64,000 nt of DNA from Cystobasidiomycetes sp. EMM_F5 (taxonomy: Eukaryota): contig JBPGPT010000009.1 of the NCBI GenBank assembly GCA_051047955.1, forward strand, positions 1-64,000. Reading direction: 5' to 3'. Numbering within the stretch: position 1 is the stretch's first letter; every line of letters begins with the position of its first letter. Positions 25,042 to 37,408 of the stretch are shown piece after piece. The translations under genes were made by a program, and so were the position numbers. The notes beneath the pieces were generated by a model. It searched no databases. It saw only the letters and a list, made by a program, of their open reading frames with translations, and was not told where the DNA came from.

Positions 25042-26557
25042 GGAGTTATAAAGTTCAGTCTGCTAGCTAGCCATACTGTACTGATAGACTACGGCTAGTA
25101 CAGCAGGCACGCAGTCAGGTAACGATGAAAGGTGTAATTATTAGGATGCAAGCACTTTGTGGACACCCTTTCCGGACGGTAATTCAGCCTCGGCGGATAC
25201 TGTAGGAGGAGAATTAGGAGCTGTCTTGAAAGCGGGAGCGTCAGCCGTGATCGAACCTAATGTCAGAATGGGAGCAATGCACCACGATCTGTATGTTAAT
25301 ATAACACGGTCTGCAAGTATTGAGGTAGTCAAACTGTAGGACCCGAACAGGTTGAATGTTTATAACTTATATCTGCGAATAGGTACATCTTGGCGAAAAA
25401 GGGCTCCTTTGATTTGCTAACAGGGTGCTTATACATTCGTATGGCCGAGGGCAGTCACTTTGGAGGTTCATTCATTATAACTGGCAGGTAGGCATGACAC
25501 CATAGTGATGGATGGACGGTTTTGTTCTCGATCGAGGAGACAAACAGACTGCTCGACGAAAGGGAGGCCAAGGGTTGCGAAGGGTCTGAGTTTGAAACCA
25601 AAGAAGAGATATACGAAAAACCTTAACGAGATGTGACCCGACTGAGGTCGCCTTGGCCCTCAGCCTTAACCACAGGTCTGTGCATAGAATTAGCGACACG
25701 GCTAAGCAATTCAAAAGCAATGCAAGCATACTTGTGTACGAAGCAGTAGGGGTTCTGCTCCTGTCGGACTCGCGAGCATCTATTGAAGAGTTCGCAATCA
25801 GCTACCGGACTCGGCGGCACTCAATATACGCCATAGCTCACCCTCCAACAATGCATTCGTGGTCGAGGCAGAGGAGCGAACCTTGCGCTGTCTTTCTGCC
25901 GCACAGCTTTGCGGTTCCCGAGCTGAAACTGACCCGGCGAGCGTGGCAAGTGAGTTCCCGACCTGCACGAACGACCCACCGACGTCCAAGACAAAGCGGT
26001 ATCCAAACGTCAGCGTACTTTCAGTGGTGCATACTGCACACCTTGACAGTGCTCTGCATGGACTGGCTTGGTCGCTGTACGGCTTTCTCCCGTATCGCGC
26101 CCAGCCATCCCCGCAGGCGACTATCTGTGGCCACCGAGACTGACCTGGTGATCCGGGTGACGACATGGCTGGTAGTGGTAGTGGGCGAGTGAGGCTTTAC
26201 TTTGACGGGTGCTGCGATAGTTGTTGGGCTGGAGCTGCTCTGCTTCCAACCGAAGTGCTTCTGTCAACAGGGAAACAGACTCGCAAGCATGAAAGCGAGC
26301 GCTACGAAAAGCAATCCCCGCAGAATGATCGAGAAGTGGATTAGTCAGCATGGCATTCTTATAGTCTGGCTCGAGCTTGAATCCCTTGAAATGGCCATCA
26401 CATTCTTATTTTCGTTTGATGTTACACGGTAGCAACATTCATCTCTACTACAAATCCCGACTGCAAGAAAGTCAACTGCAATGGCAAATCTCGAATCACT
26501 CATAAGCACATCATGCATACCGGGTACGGCCAACTCCATTACTACCACTTGTGTCTC

Positions 26558-29500
26558 TCAGATGCTTTTATACATGTCGTCCCTTCCTTGAAAGTCACCG
26601 ACGGTTCGCGAAGGCTTGGTGGGAGTCTTCCCGAAATCATCGCTCTGATCGCCCAGTATCAGTTGCTGTATACCTTTGCTAAATAGTGGGAAGGTCCTGG
26701 GTATCATTGCATGTGTACGTTTGACTGTTCCAGCGACAGACGGCTGCGGTGGAGGTGGTCTGCGCAGAGAGAGCGGCAGAATGTTGGAGGTCTGCGGTGC
26801 TTTGGCAGTGTCGTCGACTGAACTTTGCATACTGTCAACTCCATCATCTTCATAGTCTCCGCTGTCGCTATGACCTTCGCTCTCTGCGTATTGCTGATCA
26901 TCATGACTGACAGCTACAGCCCCCTCGCTGTCTTGACAGAGGAGGCCATCGAGAATATTCGCGGGCTGTGAGGCTGGGTGGAGATCATCTCCCACCGCAG
27001 TTTCCATAATGCGACTTTCCTCGAACCGGCTAGCCAACTCCTGTAAACTGCTGTTGGACAGCTCTCGAGTAATCAACAAGGCTACGTCGTCTTCGTCTTC
27101 GTCCTCTTCTTCCGAGCTTGCCGCTTGATCTTCTTCAGCTTCGGAAAGTCCCGCCGCGGCGTGTTCGTCTGAGTCAATCAATTTTATCGCGTCTGCAGTC
27201 TCGACAATCCGGTTATCAGCTGCGCGAATGAGCGGATCATGACCGTGAGTGTGGTACTGAGATACGGGAAAGCAAGGTACGTCGCTTGATTCATTGCGTA
27301 AGGGGCGGCGCAGTGTAGAGTGGTCGGCAGTATGAGCACTACTTCCAGTAGGCCTCGGAGTGCCAGTAGAGTCATACGTCAAGAAGGCTTGGCTAGAGCC
27401 TGCTTTCACTGGCGATGAACCATCTTGTAGTAGTGTGAGATCATCGAACATCCGAGTTGGCTCTTGCTCGCCCATCAGGAGCGTCGAATCGCGAAGTGCG
27501 TAGACCATACTGAGTGTGCTGTCTGGTCCTTGTGACGTGGGCATTGGGGCCGGGATAGCCGAGAGCTCAAGCTTCTCCGCTGCATTGATGCTGTCATCTA
27601 CCATTTCATGAGGCGCCGATGCGAAATTCTGTACTGTCGGCCCCTCGTCCTCCTCCATGTTGATTTGTGGACGACTGGCTGTCGCTTGCAGACCTCTGCT
27701 TGTACTATCTTGTCCCGTGCACTCATTCTCAACCGCGCTTGAAGAGTGTAGTTGCACATCTCCCGCTGAGCTCGGTGAGGCAGAGTTCCCGAGCTTGTCA
27801 GCAGCGGAAGGTGATTCTGGTCGGTTGACTTTACTGCCCACGAGAACAGATGAGGTTCTCGCTGTCTCGCTGCTAGACAAAGTGTCGAGAGCATCCTGTT
27901 CTTGGTTCGCATCTTGATGCCTATCCAGGGCGCCAACATTCTCGTTCGAAGGGCTAGATGGCAAGGGAATTGACACAGCCGCTGTGAAGTCGCTGACGTC
28001 GTTGATTCCCTCAAGGACATGCTGGTCCTGACTGAATCTGGGAAACTCCGTAGTGCCTAGAGCATCACCTCCGAATGCAATGGCAGCAGGGCGACATAAG
28101 ACGGCTGATTTTGCATGGCCTTCCTGCCATGCTTTGTCTCGTAAGTCGTGTAAGATGGTTACAGCGGCCTCTGGCGCGACGACCGAAGCAGAAATCGGGA
28201 CCGATAGCTTCGCTGAACCGGACTTGCTATCGGTCGATTTGGCAAGCGAGGAGCTGTTGGATCGTGGAATGATTGATTTGGCTCGGGCAGCTGACGATGC
28301 TGTCGGTGCGGCCAAGCGCGAGAATATCGAACCAGCTGCTACTCGTGGTCTATTGCGCTTGACGGGTGCAAATGCTGACTTTGTAGGGGATCCTCTAGAC
28401 ACTCCAGCTGTACTATTTGATCGGTTTAAATCCATCGACGTCGTTCTGCTCACTGGTCGGTCGGTGGACGATGCAAGAGCTGGACGCTTGGAAGGCTGTG
28501 CCAAGGAATTTGGCATCGATTCTTTGGTAGAAGATTGAACAGTGGTTTTGACCGGAGCTGCGGTAGAAACAGAGCGGGCCATGCCCTTTGACGATGCCAC
28601 TAAACGCGTGGATCCGGCGAATTGCGAAACCGGTGCCGACACGACTCTAGTATGATTCGAGGAGGTGGCGTTGGATTTGCCAGTGTTCTGAGCATCTTGC
28701 ACGTTACGCAGGTCTTGCGAGCTCGGCACTCGTCGCGCGTTGTTGGTCGAAGGTACGGAAGTCGCGGATGCGAGAGCTGGTCGATGTGGGCGGAAAGGAA
28801 CTCTGGCGGCTTGACGTGCCATTGAAACTACCGCCACAGGGACCGTTTCTGTGCGGGGGAAAGCCTTCATCTGCACTATCGGCGACGCAACAGTCGGCAA
28901 TGACACTGTGTTTGTAGTATCTCTGAATGAAGTCCATGATTCAGGAGGATTCTCGGAAGGAGTGGTCGAACGGGGAAATGTGATGCCCTGTACATGCGTT
29001 TGTACACTTTCGGAGGGTACAATTTGGCGATCCCAATCCTCGAAGTGCTGTATAAGGCTCGAGTGTTTGAATTCCTCTGAGACAACCGACTGTATGCGAG
29101 CGGCATCAGTGTCATCGCTAAGCCGTGAATGCGAGCTCGATGAAGAGGACAGAGTGCTCGATCCCGGTCTGGCGATTTCTTGCGACCGAGATGTACTCGA
29201 CTGCAAGCTGTCTGCAGCGCTGCTGGAGGCAATACTCAGGGCGCTCGCTGGTCTTTTGACGGGTATGGTAGCTGAAGGTGGCAAGAGCGGGGGTCCGTTA
29301 TGCGGAAGAGGCACAGCGGCTGCCTCTTCTGTCAATCTCAAATTTTGACTAGACGTACTCTCAACAGGTGCTAATACCCTGCCTGCTTTCGCACGTGGTG
29401 CGTGTTGTGCGCTGAGCGCAGCTCGACTAGCCGGCCGGCGTAATACTGGCCGAGAAGGTTGCCTCGTCATCGGAGATTGTTCGCCCGCCGGCACATATCC

Positions 29501-31095
29501 GACGGAGGCATGCTCACTGCCTGATGGCGCGGAAGCGACAGAATGAGAGGGTTTGAACGTTTTCAGCGACCGTGCCAATGTCGTAGATGCACCTGTGGAC
29601 ATCACGAGTGCCTTCGTTTGAGGTTCATTAGTTACAATATTGTCGTTGCGAGGTTTGATGTTTTCCAGCCACGCCGACCTCACGTCTCGATGCGTCGGTC
29701 GCACAGTCTCAGCTGCCGTGCTTGCGGTCGCGGCAATCGGTGGTCCAGCGCGTGGTGGCAGCAAGGCCAGCAATGGTTGGCGATGTCTGACTGGTTTGTC
29801 GGGTGCTACAACATCCTCTCTGGCATCCCTCCCGAATGTACTCGGTTGTTTTGTGTTGCGTGCCTGTTTTATTACTTCAGAAGCATTGTTGGGTAATTTC
29901 GGCGGAATCGTCCGAAACACTGGAGTATCCCGTGGAACAGCAAGCGATTTGCTGTTCTGTACTGAAGATTGTGACTTTGATAGCGAGCTTGTTGTAGAAC
30001 TATGTAAGTCGGCAATGTGGCCTGGTTGAACATCAAGGTTTTTTCGCGTTATTGGCGTCAGCGGGGCTGTGAAGCTATGTTGTGTGCAGGAAACATCGTG
30101 ATCAGTTCCATAAGTACCCCTTGACTTTAGACTGAGCGCAACTCACGCTTGAACGCGCCCAGGGAATTCGACTCTGTAGATGTCCCAAATACGTCTGGCC
30201 ATCCGTCGAATATCGGTGTCCTTATCCCTAGCTCCGAGCCGCATACACTTCTCCAGGTCGTCCAGATACTTCCTCTCCACGACAGCCTTATCAACTGATA
30301 GTCCAATGTTTTCTGCATCATCGCCGCCCATAGCAGTCAACACTCCCTCAATGCATCCCTTGCGATAGCTGAGACATTTCTCGTCCATTCCGTGGCTCAA
30401 ATAGGGCAACACAGAAGCCAAGCGCGTATTTCGAACGATGGCCAGTAGCGTAGCTGTCGCACGGGCAATATATAACTTGTTTGTCCGACCAAGCAGTTTC
30501 ACGATTGTTGGTAAATAGATGGCAATCAACGGGGCGAAAGCTGGTCCAAGACGCGTCGCAGCTGAAATGAGGACGAGGGCGGAAGCTGATAGCTGGGTCC
30601 TTTCCGTCGCAATCTGTATGTTCGGGTCAGTCTTGTATATATTCGTAGGAGATCGCTTTTAAAGCCAGCGTACGCAACCGCATATTGCCTTGGACAGATC
30701 GCGCTCGCGCAGGCCGGAAAGGTATACATCGTCATACTTGCAGGCTCCTCCTCGTGTCACTGCAGTGAAGCGCTTGGTTGCCTGAGAATTGTTGTCAATC
30801 CATCATATGCCGATCAGCCTCTGTGTAAGGGCACAACGGCCAACAAGACGGACCTTATCTATAGCCTCCCACGTATGCTCTGTTTCCTTGACATTGAGAC
30901 TGGTCTTGAAGTCGCGAAGCTCTTGCTGCAAATGCTCCGCGCTGGCTACCTGTGGAGCGCGATGATCCGGTTGTTTACACGAACGAAAGGTCGCGAATGG
31001 GGTATCCGCATCAGGTTTGTGAGGGAACAAGCAGGTCCAAGAGCACAACATACCGGGATCTTGTCTTTGGCGTCATTTGCTGACGGCTTGCCCAT
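26558..31095 (-). CDS. CLASP_N (HEAT/TOG-like) domain protein with a long disordered tail, Stu1/CLASP-related
   Basis: KETEHTWEAID, ERTQLS..AL, LGPAF.P...YLPTIVKLLGRTNKLYI.RA, LEKCMRLGARDKDTDIRRMAR; large S/P-rich last exon. Confidence 0.75.
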
Positions 31096-31343
31096 ACTTG
31101 GGTTTTCTTGCAGACTCGTCGCACTTTGACATCAGGGTTGGGCAAACGTGAAGCAGGGCGGACAGCAAACTTGCATGACTTTTGAAGGAATGGCCTTCTA
31201 ATGATGCTGAACACAACAGCGATTTATATGTCGACCTCTGCGCCATCAACCAGAGCTACATCGATGCCTAATCATCGAATTGGTAGAAGTCGCTTGTCGA
31301 CGAAAATCACGACTGGCCAAAATACTCGACAACCTAACCGCAG

Positions 31344-32140
31344 CTACTTGCGTCTTTGTCGCTTGGCTTCCCGGTTGCTGCCCCGTCCTCCTGCAGCAGA
31401 AGCGCTGTCGTCGTCCCCTTCGTCCTCGGGCTCGCTTGCTGAAGCTACAGCCGAGTCCCGTTCCCTCAGTTGCAGACTCTCCTGGAATGTCTTGCTGCTT
31501 CTAGAGAATATGCGGTCCTCGTCGGCAACAGTCTGCATCAAGCTCCCGCCTGGTCCTACAATGCCTGTGGTATAACCGCGTGTAGATGTCCCGCCCTTCT
31601 TTCGTGTACTGGACTCGCTGCCGTGACTAGCAGCTGCACCAGTCTTGAGATATGAATCATAGCCTCGCACAATGTTCCCAAATGGGGCTGCGTTGGTGCC
31701 GCCAGACAGGTCTACTGAGAGATACGACGTTTCGAATGCATAGATGGACATTTCGTGCGTGGCCTGTAGCGATATTTCCAGACAGGTATCAGTCAAGTTG
31801 ATAGCACGTAGACGGTTAACAAACATACGAGCGCTCGGTCGATGCCTTGCTTTCGTTGTAGATTGCTGACCAGGTCCCGGCGGACTGCTTCCAGCTGAGA
31901 TCGCATCGCTTCAGGCGTTTCTGTGGGCACAGGCGGCACTGGGAGGCCATCACTGTTATCTCGTTTGTTTTGCAAAGCTCCGTTACTAGTTGCTTGCGTG
32001 CCTTCATGCCCGTTTACAATCCCGTTGTGAGATTCATCTGGTCCATCCTCGGCAGCAGCTACTGCTCGGCCTTTGCCCTTCGCGGCCGCTGACAGCGTAG
32101 CATCCTTTGGATCTGATTCCGTCGAAGGCTCAAGCGACAT
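31344..32140 (-). CDS. EAF6: NuA4/NuA3 HAT subunit Eaf6
   Basis: LQRKQGIDRAL^ATHEMSIYAFETSYL, GNIVRGYDSYLK, EDRIFSRSS. Confidence 0.9.
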
Positions 32141-32358
32141 GGACCAGTCACAGACTGACTTGACCCGATGCCTAACAGTGACAACCCTGCTGCCTCGCCC
32201 AGGAAATGGCCCGCAAAAACTGGAAAACGAAGGAAACCTGAAAGAACTGGTTCGCAGGCGAAAGAGACATGCATTCTAATGAACTAAGACTGACACTTTT
32301 CAAAGCTCACTGAGTTATTGACCGCCCCGCATCCACACTGCCTCGCACTGCGCTGACC

Positions 32359-32942
32359 CTAAAGGCAGAGGCAGCACAAATCCGCGCAGAGGACACCAGC
32401 GCAAACTGCCATGCATGTTCCCATAAAGCCTTGAGCTGCACCTCCGCGGTCTGTCGTCTGCTGAGTTTGCTGAGGAACCCCGCCCGGCTGGTTCGCCCAT
32501 TGTGGAGGTGGGTATGGCCCACCGGGCGTGTACCCAGGATAATTGGCTGGTGGTACACCCTGCACGCCGGAACCTTGCATTTGCATGGCTGTATTGGGTG
32601 TGGTTCATGAGCGAGCAGTACGTCCATGAAAAATTGCTACGTCCACTTACGAGGTGCACCATAATTGGGATATTGTGCTGGACCTGGTCCCGCCTGGCCA
32701 TAGTAGTTTGCAGGGCTGTTACCGCTGTTCCACTGCTGCTGCTGCTGAGGCTGAGGCTGATACTTGTCGGTCGAGTATGGCATTTGTGATTGCATTCCGG
32801 CTGGAGGGCCGATGGTTTGCTGGGTTGCAGCAGGATAAGCGGGAGGCTCATTCATGAGGCCGTTGTTAGCATCGTTGTAGGTATTTGAGCCTGGTCGAGC
32901 GCCCGCATTGTGTCCGGCACCATAGAAATCTTGAGCGGACAT
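32359..32942 (-). CDS. CYSTM-like Gln/Pro-rich protein with a Cys-rich C-terminal TM
   Basis: P/Q/Y-rich N-terminus; ends GFMGTCMAVCAGVLCADLCCLCL; one intron. Confidence 0.75.
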
Positions 32943-33345
32943 GCTCGTATGAAATATAGGAGGTACGAGCGAGGATATTGAGAAGGATGACTAGTCTGAT
33001 GGTCGTCGGGGATCAATGATGGTGTAGCTTATGATGGCAAAGTACCTTTCCGCTGTTAGCCGCGACATACAAGCAAGCAAGCGGAGACAAAGGAAATATT
33101 GATTGTCGGCAGCCGTCCACTCCTGGATACAGATTTGGTCCAACATCGCGTCTCATCCATTGAACAAACAGTAAATATACAGGTATCATTCGCCAGTAAA
33201 CCTCTGGGGGTCTATTAGGGTTAGAAGGGATCCCTTCGCAATGCGCATTTTCGTAAACATATTGCAACGGGAATTGGCCATTGCAGGCATTGGTGTGCTG
33301 ACAGATCTCGATGTCGATGGAGTCCGATGTCTTATGGGACATGGG

Positions 33346-33912
33346 TCACAATCTTTTGCGATTAGTTACCCAACTTATCAGCGAATTCCAGATGTCGTTC
33401 TCAGAATGCTTACGTAGTCTGTAATGAGTCGCGTCGAGTGAGAAGGTGTCAATGCTTGTATATAAGAGGAGCTTACGATCCGCCATCTCTCCAAGCAAGG
33501 GTTTGATTTTTGAAATAATCGCTTCTTCGTATGCTGGAATAGCATCGCGATCCTTGAGCTCAATCAAAGCAGATAACGTGTAACCTTGGTTTAAGTAATG
33601 ATCTAATCACGACTTGTTAACAGCTGTTCAAACTGTTCTGTTGTATTTCGTACCGTCTGCGCAGTTACTGAGGATCAGACTTCAAATAAAGCGAGCGGGA
33701 CGATTGACCCACCTTGACCAGAGCGATAGTCGTACACCATCTCGAGAGATTCAAACTCTCTGTCGAATTGCTTGACGTACTGGTCGAACTCCTCCTTGGT
33801 AAGGTCATGCTTTGGCTTGACCAAGACCTTTCCGCGCCAGAGTGATCACGAGACCGTCAGACGAGCCGCATGAGCTACGCTACAGCAGCACGCTCACGAT
33901 ACGAGTCAGCAT
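33346..33912 (-). CDS. Putative stress-responsive alpha/beta barrel (Dabb-like) protein, multi-exon
   Basis: MLTRI^VLVKPKHDLTKEEFD ... NQGYTLSALIELKDRDAIPAY; middle exons not resolved. Confidence 0.45.
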
Positions 33913-34292
33913 CTTGTTTGTAGTTGCGTGTTGCCTGTTATTCTGCAGTGTTGAGTTGCAAGGAAGATAAGGGCTGGCTGTCAGTGGCGGCTGTCGGCTC
34001 TGCGGGGTTCGGGGGAGATTGCGGGGATGGATAGATGCGCAGGCTGAATTAGATGCTGTCACTTGACATTAGGCATAAGTACGCAACGTTCAAATGGCCC
34101 AATATTCAAAAGTCACCACGACGAGTCCTCAGCAACAATCGCACGTCATCAAAGCCTTCTGCCCAAACAGCTCGGCAACAGAATGCTACAATGACCGTTG
34201 TGCAGCAGGAAACAGCACTAGACGACGGCGACACACCACGGCTGAATTGGCCTCCAGAGATGCTGCTTCTTGACGTGACGCAGCGGTAGCCC

Positions 34293-35102
34293 ATGGCTGA
34301 AATGGATGCAACGGCACCGCTATTGACGTCTGTCGAAGTCGTCTTTGACGTCCAATCTGACCATGATAACGTCCAAATATCACAGCAGATGACTGGACAG
34401 GTCATATATACACTACAGAAGCGTAAAGACTCTTACTGCTCTCGCGGCGTTCTCACACTGCATCGCGGGCCACTGCTGGATTCTCAGTCAGAAAACGATG
34501 CAGCATTTGCCGAGATTTACGGAAACAAGGTCAGCATCATTGAGTATCCGGATACGCCCCCTACTGTGTACAAGCGCAAGGAGTTCCTGTACAAGAATCG
34601 CGACAAAGGCTTTCTGCAGCCGTAAGTCGCCTATACTGCACAGCGAAGCACTACTAGTACTTAAGGTGATACGTACTCGACCTAGATGCGACGAATTCAT
34701 GTGCAACGGCCGTCAATACATTTTCCGCTCAACATCGTACGGGAAGACTTTAGAAGTGAGTCTGTATCGTGGTGCAGAGCCGGCGGGAGGGCCCAAAAAA
34801 TCTGACTTCTTCACTCACTCCCTCAGCTCTATTCGTTGGCTGCACTTGACACACAACCTTTAGCTATCTTCCGACGGCAAAGGACAGATCCCGATAAGGG
34901 TACGATCAGAATACTCCCCGGGGGATATAGCGACGATACAAGTCGTAGCGCGCAATCTCTCACGTCGGAGTCAGAGAAGCGGAAAGGCTCTTCGCACGCC
35001 CTTTTACGAAATGGATGCCCGACATCCCTGTTCGACCTCGCCCTCGTAGCAGAGCATATGTACAGGCAGCAGACAAGACATCGCTTGCACGACATAGTCT
35101 AA
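34293..35102 (+). CDS. Hypothetical protein, possibly DUF6593-like, three exons
   Basis: Introns at about 34622-34685 and 34756-34826; FMCNGRQYIF, PLAIFRR, LFDLALV pattern. Confidence 0.45.
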
Positions 35103-35391
35103 TCGCGACATCAAGATGCTCCGTGTCTGAAGCACAAAGTTGGTATCACCAGTCTTCACGACATGTGGCAGCGGTGATCAGTATATATAAGGTATGAACG
35201 TTTGCATAGATCGTAAATCTGTTGTAGCGCTCTTTTTACATGAGGGAACGTCGTTGATTTCTACTGGCAACCGTATCGATTTGATGCATTGCTTAAACGG
35301 GTGAAAGCTTGTCTAGTGTTTCAAATTCTGTTGCAGTGTCAGCGGGATGATGATAATCTGCAGCGATACTGTCAGTCTTGCATACCCCGCA

Positions 35392-37030
35392 TCAAAGGAT
35401 CATTGACTGACCAATGTCACTACCGGAGATTAGACGAGATTCCCACCCGGTCCCCAGCAGAATGTTGTGCTTGTCCAAAGCTGTTATAGCTGGACTGCAA
35501 CTCCTGCCAAATGCTGCCCTAAACCAGCCGTTACTGACCCTCGCCCGTCCCACACCGGCGTTCCGCTGCCATACAGCCAGCCTTCTCAATCGAGGAAATA
35601 GAACGTGCTCGTTGGACATACGTTGTCTCCCATGCTGCAGAGGCGCAATCTCGAAGAGTATTTGTGGGGTAACCAACTCGAAATCCATAATCTCGAGGGT
35701 CTCAATCTGTTGTGGATTGGGAAGATTACGGATGAAAGCGTTGGTGACATCGTATCCGGCCACACACAAGGTCTTGAGCGCAGTGCAGAAGCCTAGACCC
35801 ATGTCCACGACCCGCTCGGGTTCGTTACAATTAGCAGATCCTGGTAGCCACGGCGTCATAATTCGGAGATGCTTGACAGTCGGTCCAACTAGCTTCAGCG
35901 CGTCCAAAAGTCCTTGTCGCGTGATGGCTGAAGAAGTGATGCCCTGACAACTCATCAAACATAGCGAGGTTAGATTGGATCCTGAAAGAAGGTGGAAGAG
36001 GCCCTGATCATCGATGAACGTTTCACGAAGGCTGAGAGTCGTAAGTTGTGCGCGGTGCGGGAGAAGGTTGTACGGTTTGTGCTTTGGTGGCTTGAGCACA
36101 ATATCAGGAATCAGGTGGTAAGAGCTGTTCAAAAGATATGTGAATTGAGAATCTGGCTGAATGTACCGTCGAGCTTACTTGTCCGGTCTGAAAGTGGAGT
36201 TGTAATCAGCTTTAGCACGTATTCATGTATGAGATTTACGCACATGTGACGGACGGTCATCTCTTTTAGATTGGGCCAGTATGTCATGAGGTCAGACAAT
36301 AGCAGCAATTTCCACGAGTCGTAACTACGTCATAAGCCGGTATGTTAGACACGTAATGGACGGTCATCACAGGTACGTACGGTATGAGCTTCGCGAAGCG
36401 AGGATCCCTCCGTGATGACTCCAGGTAAACTCTGATATTGAATGATTCGATAAAGACGCATTCTGTCGTTTGGGTTAGTCAGAGGTCTCGAGGATGTTCA
36501 CGACTGAACGCACTGCGTAACGTTGCTACCACCCGCTCGCGGCACGCCACTTCGAATGACGGAACAGTAATAGCTGGAATCACGTTAGCCAGTATACCTT
36601 TAAAAATTGATCCACAACGCTCACATCGCAAGCGGGGGCACAATTCGACGAGTTCACAAAAAAGATCACCCTCGCATGCATAGTTTGAGATCCAGAGCCC
36701 AGCTTCCAATGAAGCCGTGATTGTGAGAGATTTCACGGAGTCCCTAAGTGCACCGGAAGTGTCCTTGCGCAAGGAGGCTATTAAGTGTGGGATGTATAAT
36801 CCTTCGTATCGACAGATGCTGGGGCCAGGATCGCTGTAGAGGAAGTGGCTAGCAGCCGTATTCCAGCTTCGACAGACGCGAGCCGCTGAGCACAGGGTGC
36901 CATGTGGCGAGGGCGACCTTTTACTGTCAGCAAGCATGCAGCCATCCGTAGGAGTAGGAGGAGCTTCTGGACAGTTTAAACATTGCTCGAAGATGGATGT
37001 AAGAAGTTCTTGACAGAGTTTTTGAGCCAT
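35392..37030 (-). CDS. F-box plus LRR/RNI-like protein
   Basis: LCQELLTSIF...LCSAARVCRSWNTAASHFLYSD F-box; downstream LxxLxL repeats. Confidence 0.75.
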
Positions 37031-37408
37031 CTTGGTATGTTTGGCGATGCGCTTGCGCGGTATGGGCCAATGGCAAAGTCAGCTTGCAAAGTGGAGAGAG
37101 TCCATCACGTCAACAGTTTCCGACTTTTAGAGAGAGATCCTTGTCGCTGATTGTAACGCGTCAAAGGGTGGAAGTGGTATGCTGCCGAGTTCCCAAAGTG
37201 GCACGGCTCCGAATGCACATCGGCCGTTGCAACGTTTATTTGGCCACCTCAGAATTGGCACGAGCCCGCGCGAGTAGCGGCTTCAGACAGAGAATGTCCA
37301 AAGCATCGCGACGAGACTTTTCATACTGTTTCTACTGTCATTGTAGGTGGGCTCTCAGGATTCAGACACAGGACGCCAGTCAACGAGGGTTATACTGGGC
37401 CATCGAGC

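Noticed and set aside
33013..33342. 109-aa ORF following the Dabb-like gene
   Set aside because: No recognisable family, and it overlaps the likely promoter of the CYSTM-like gene
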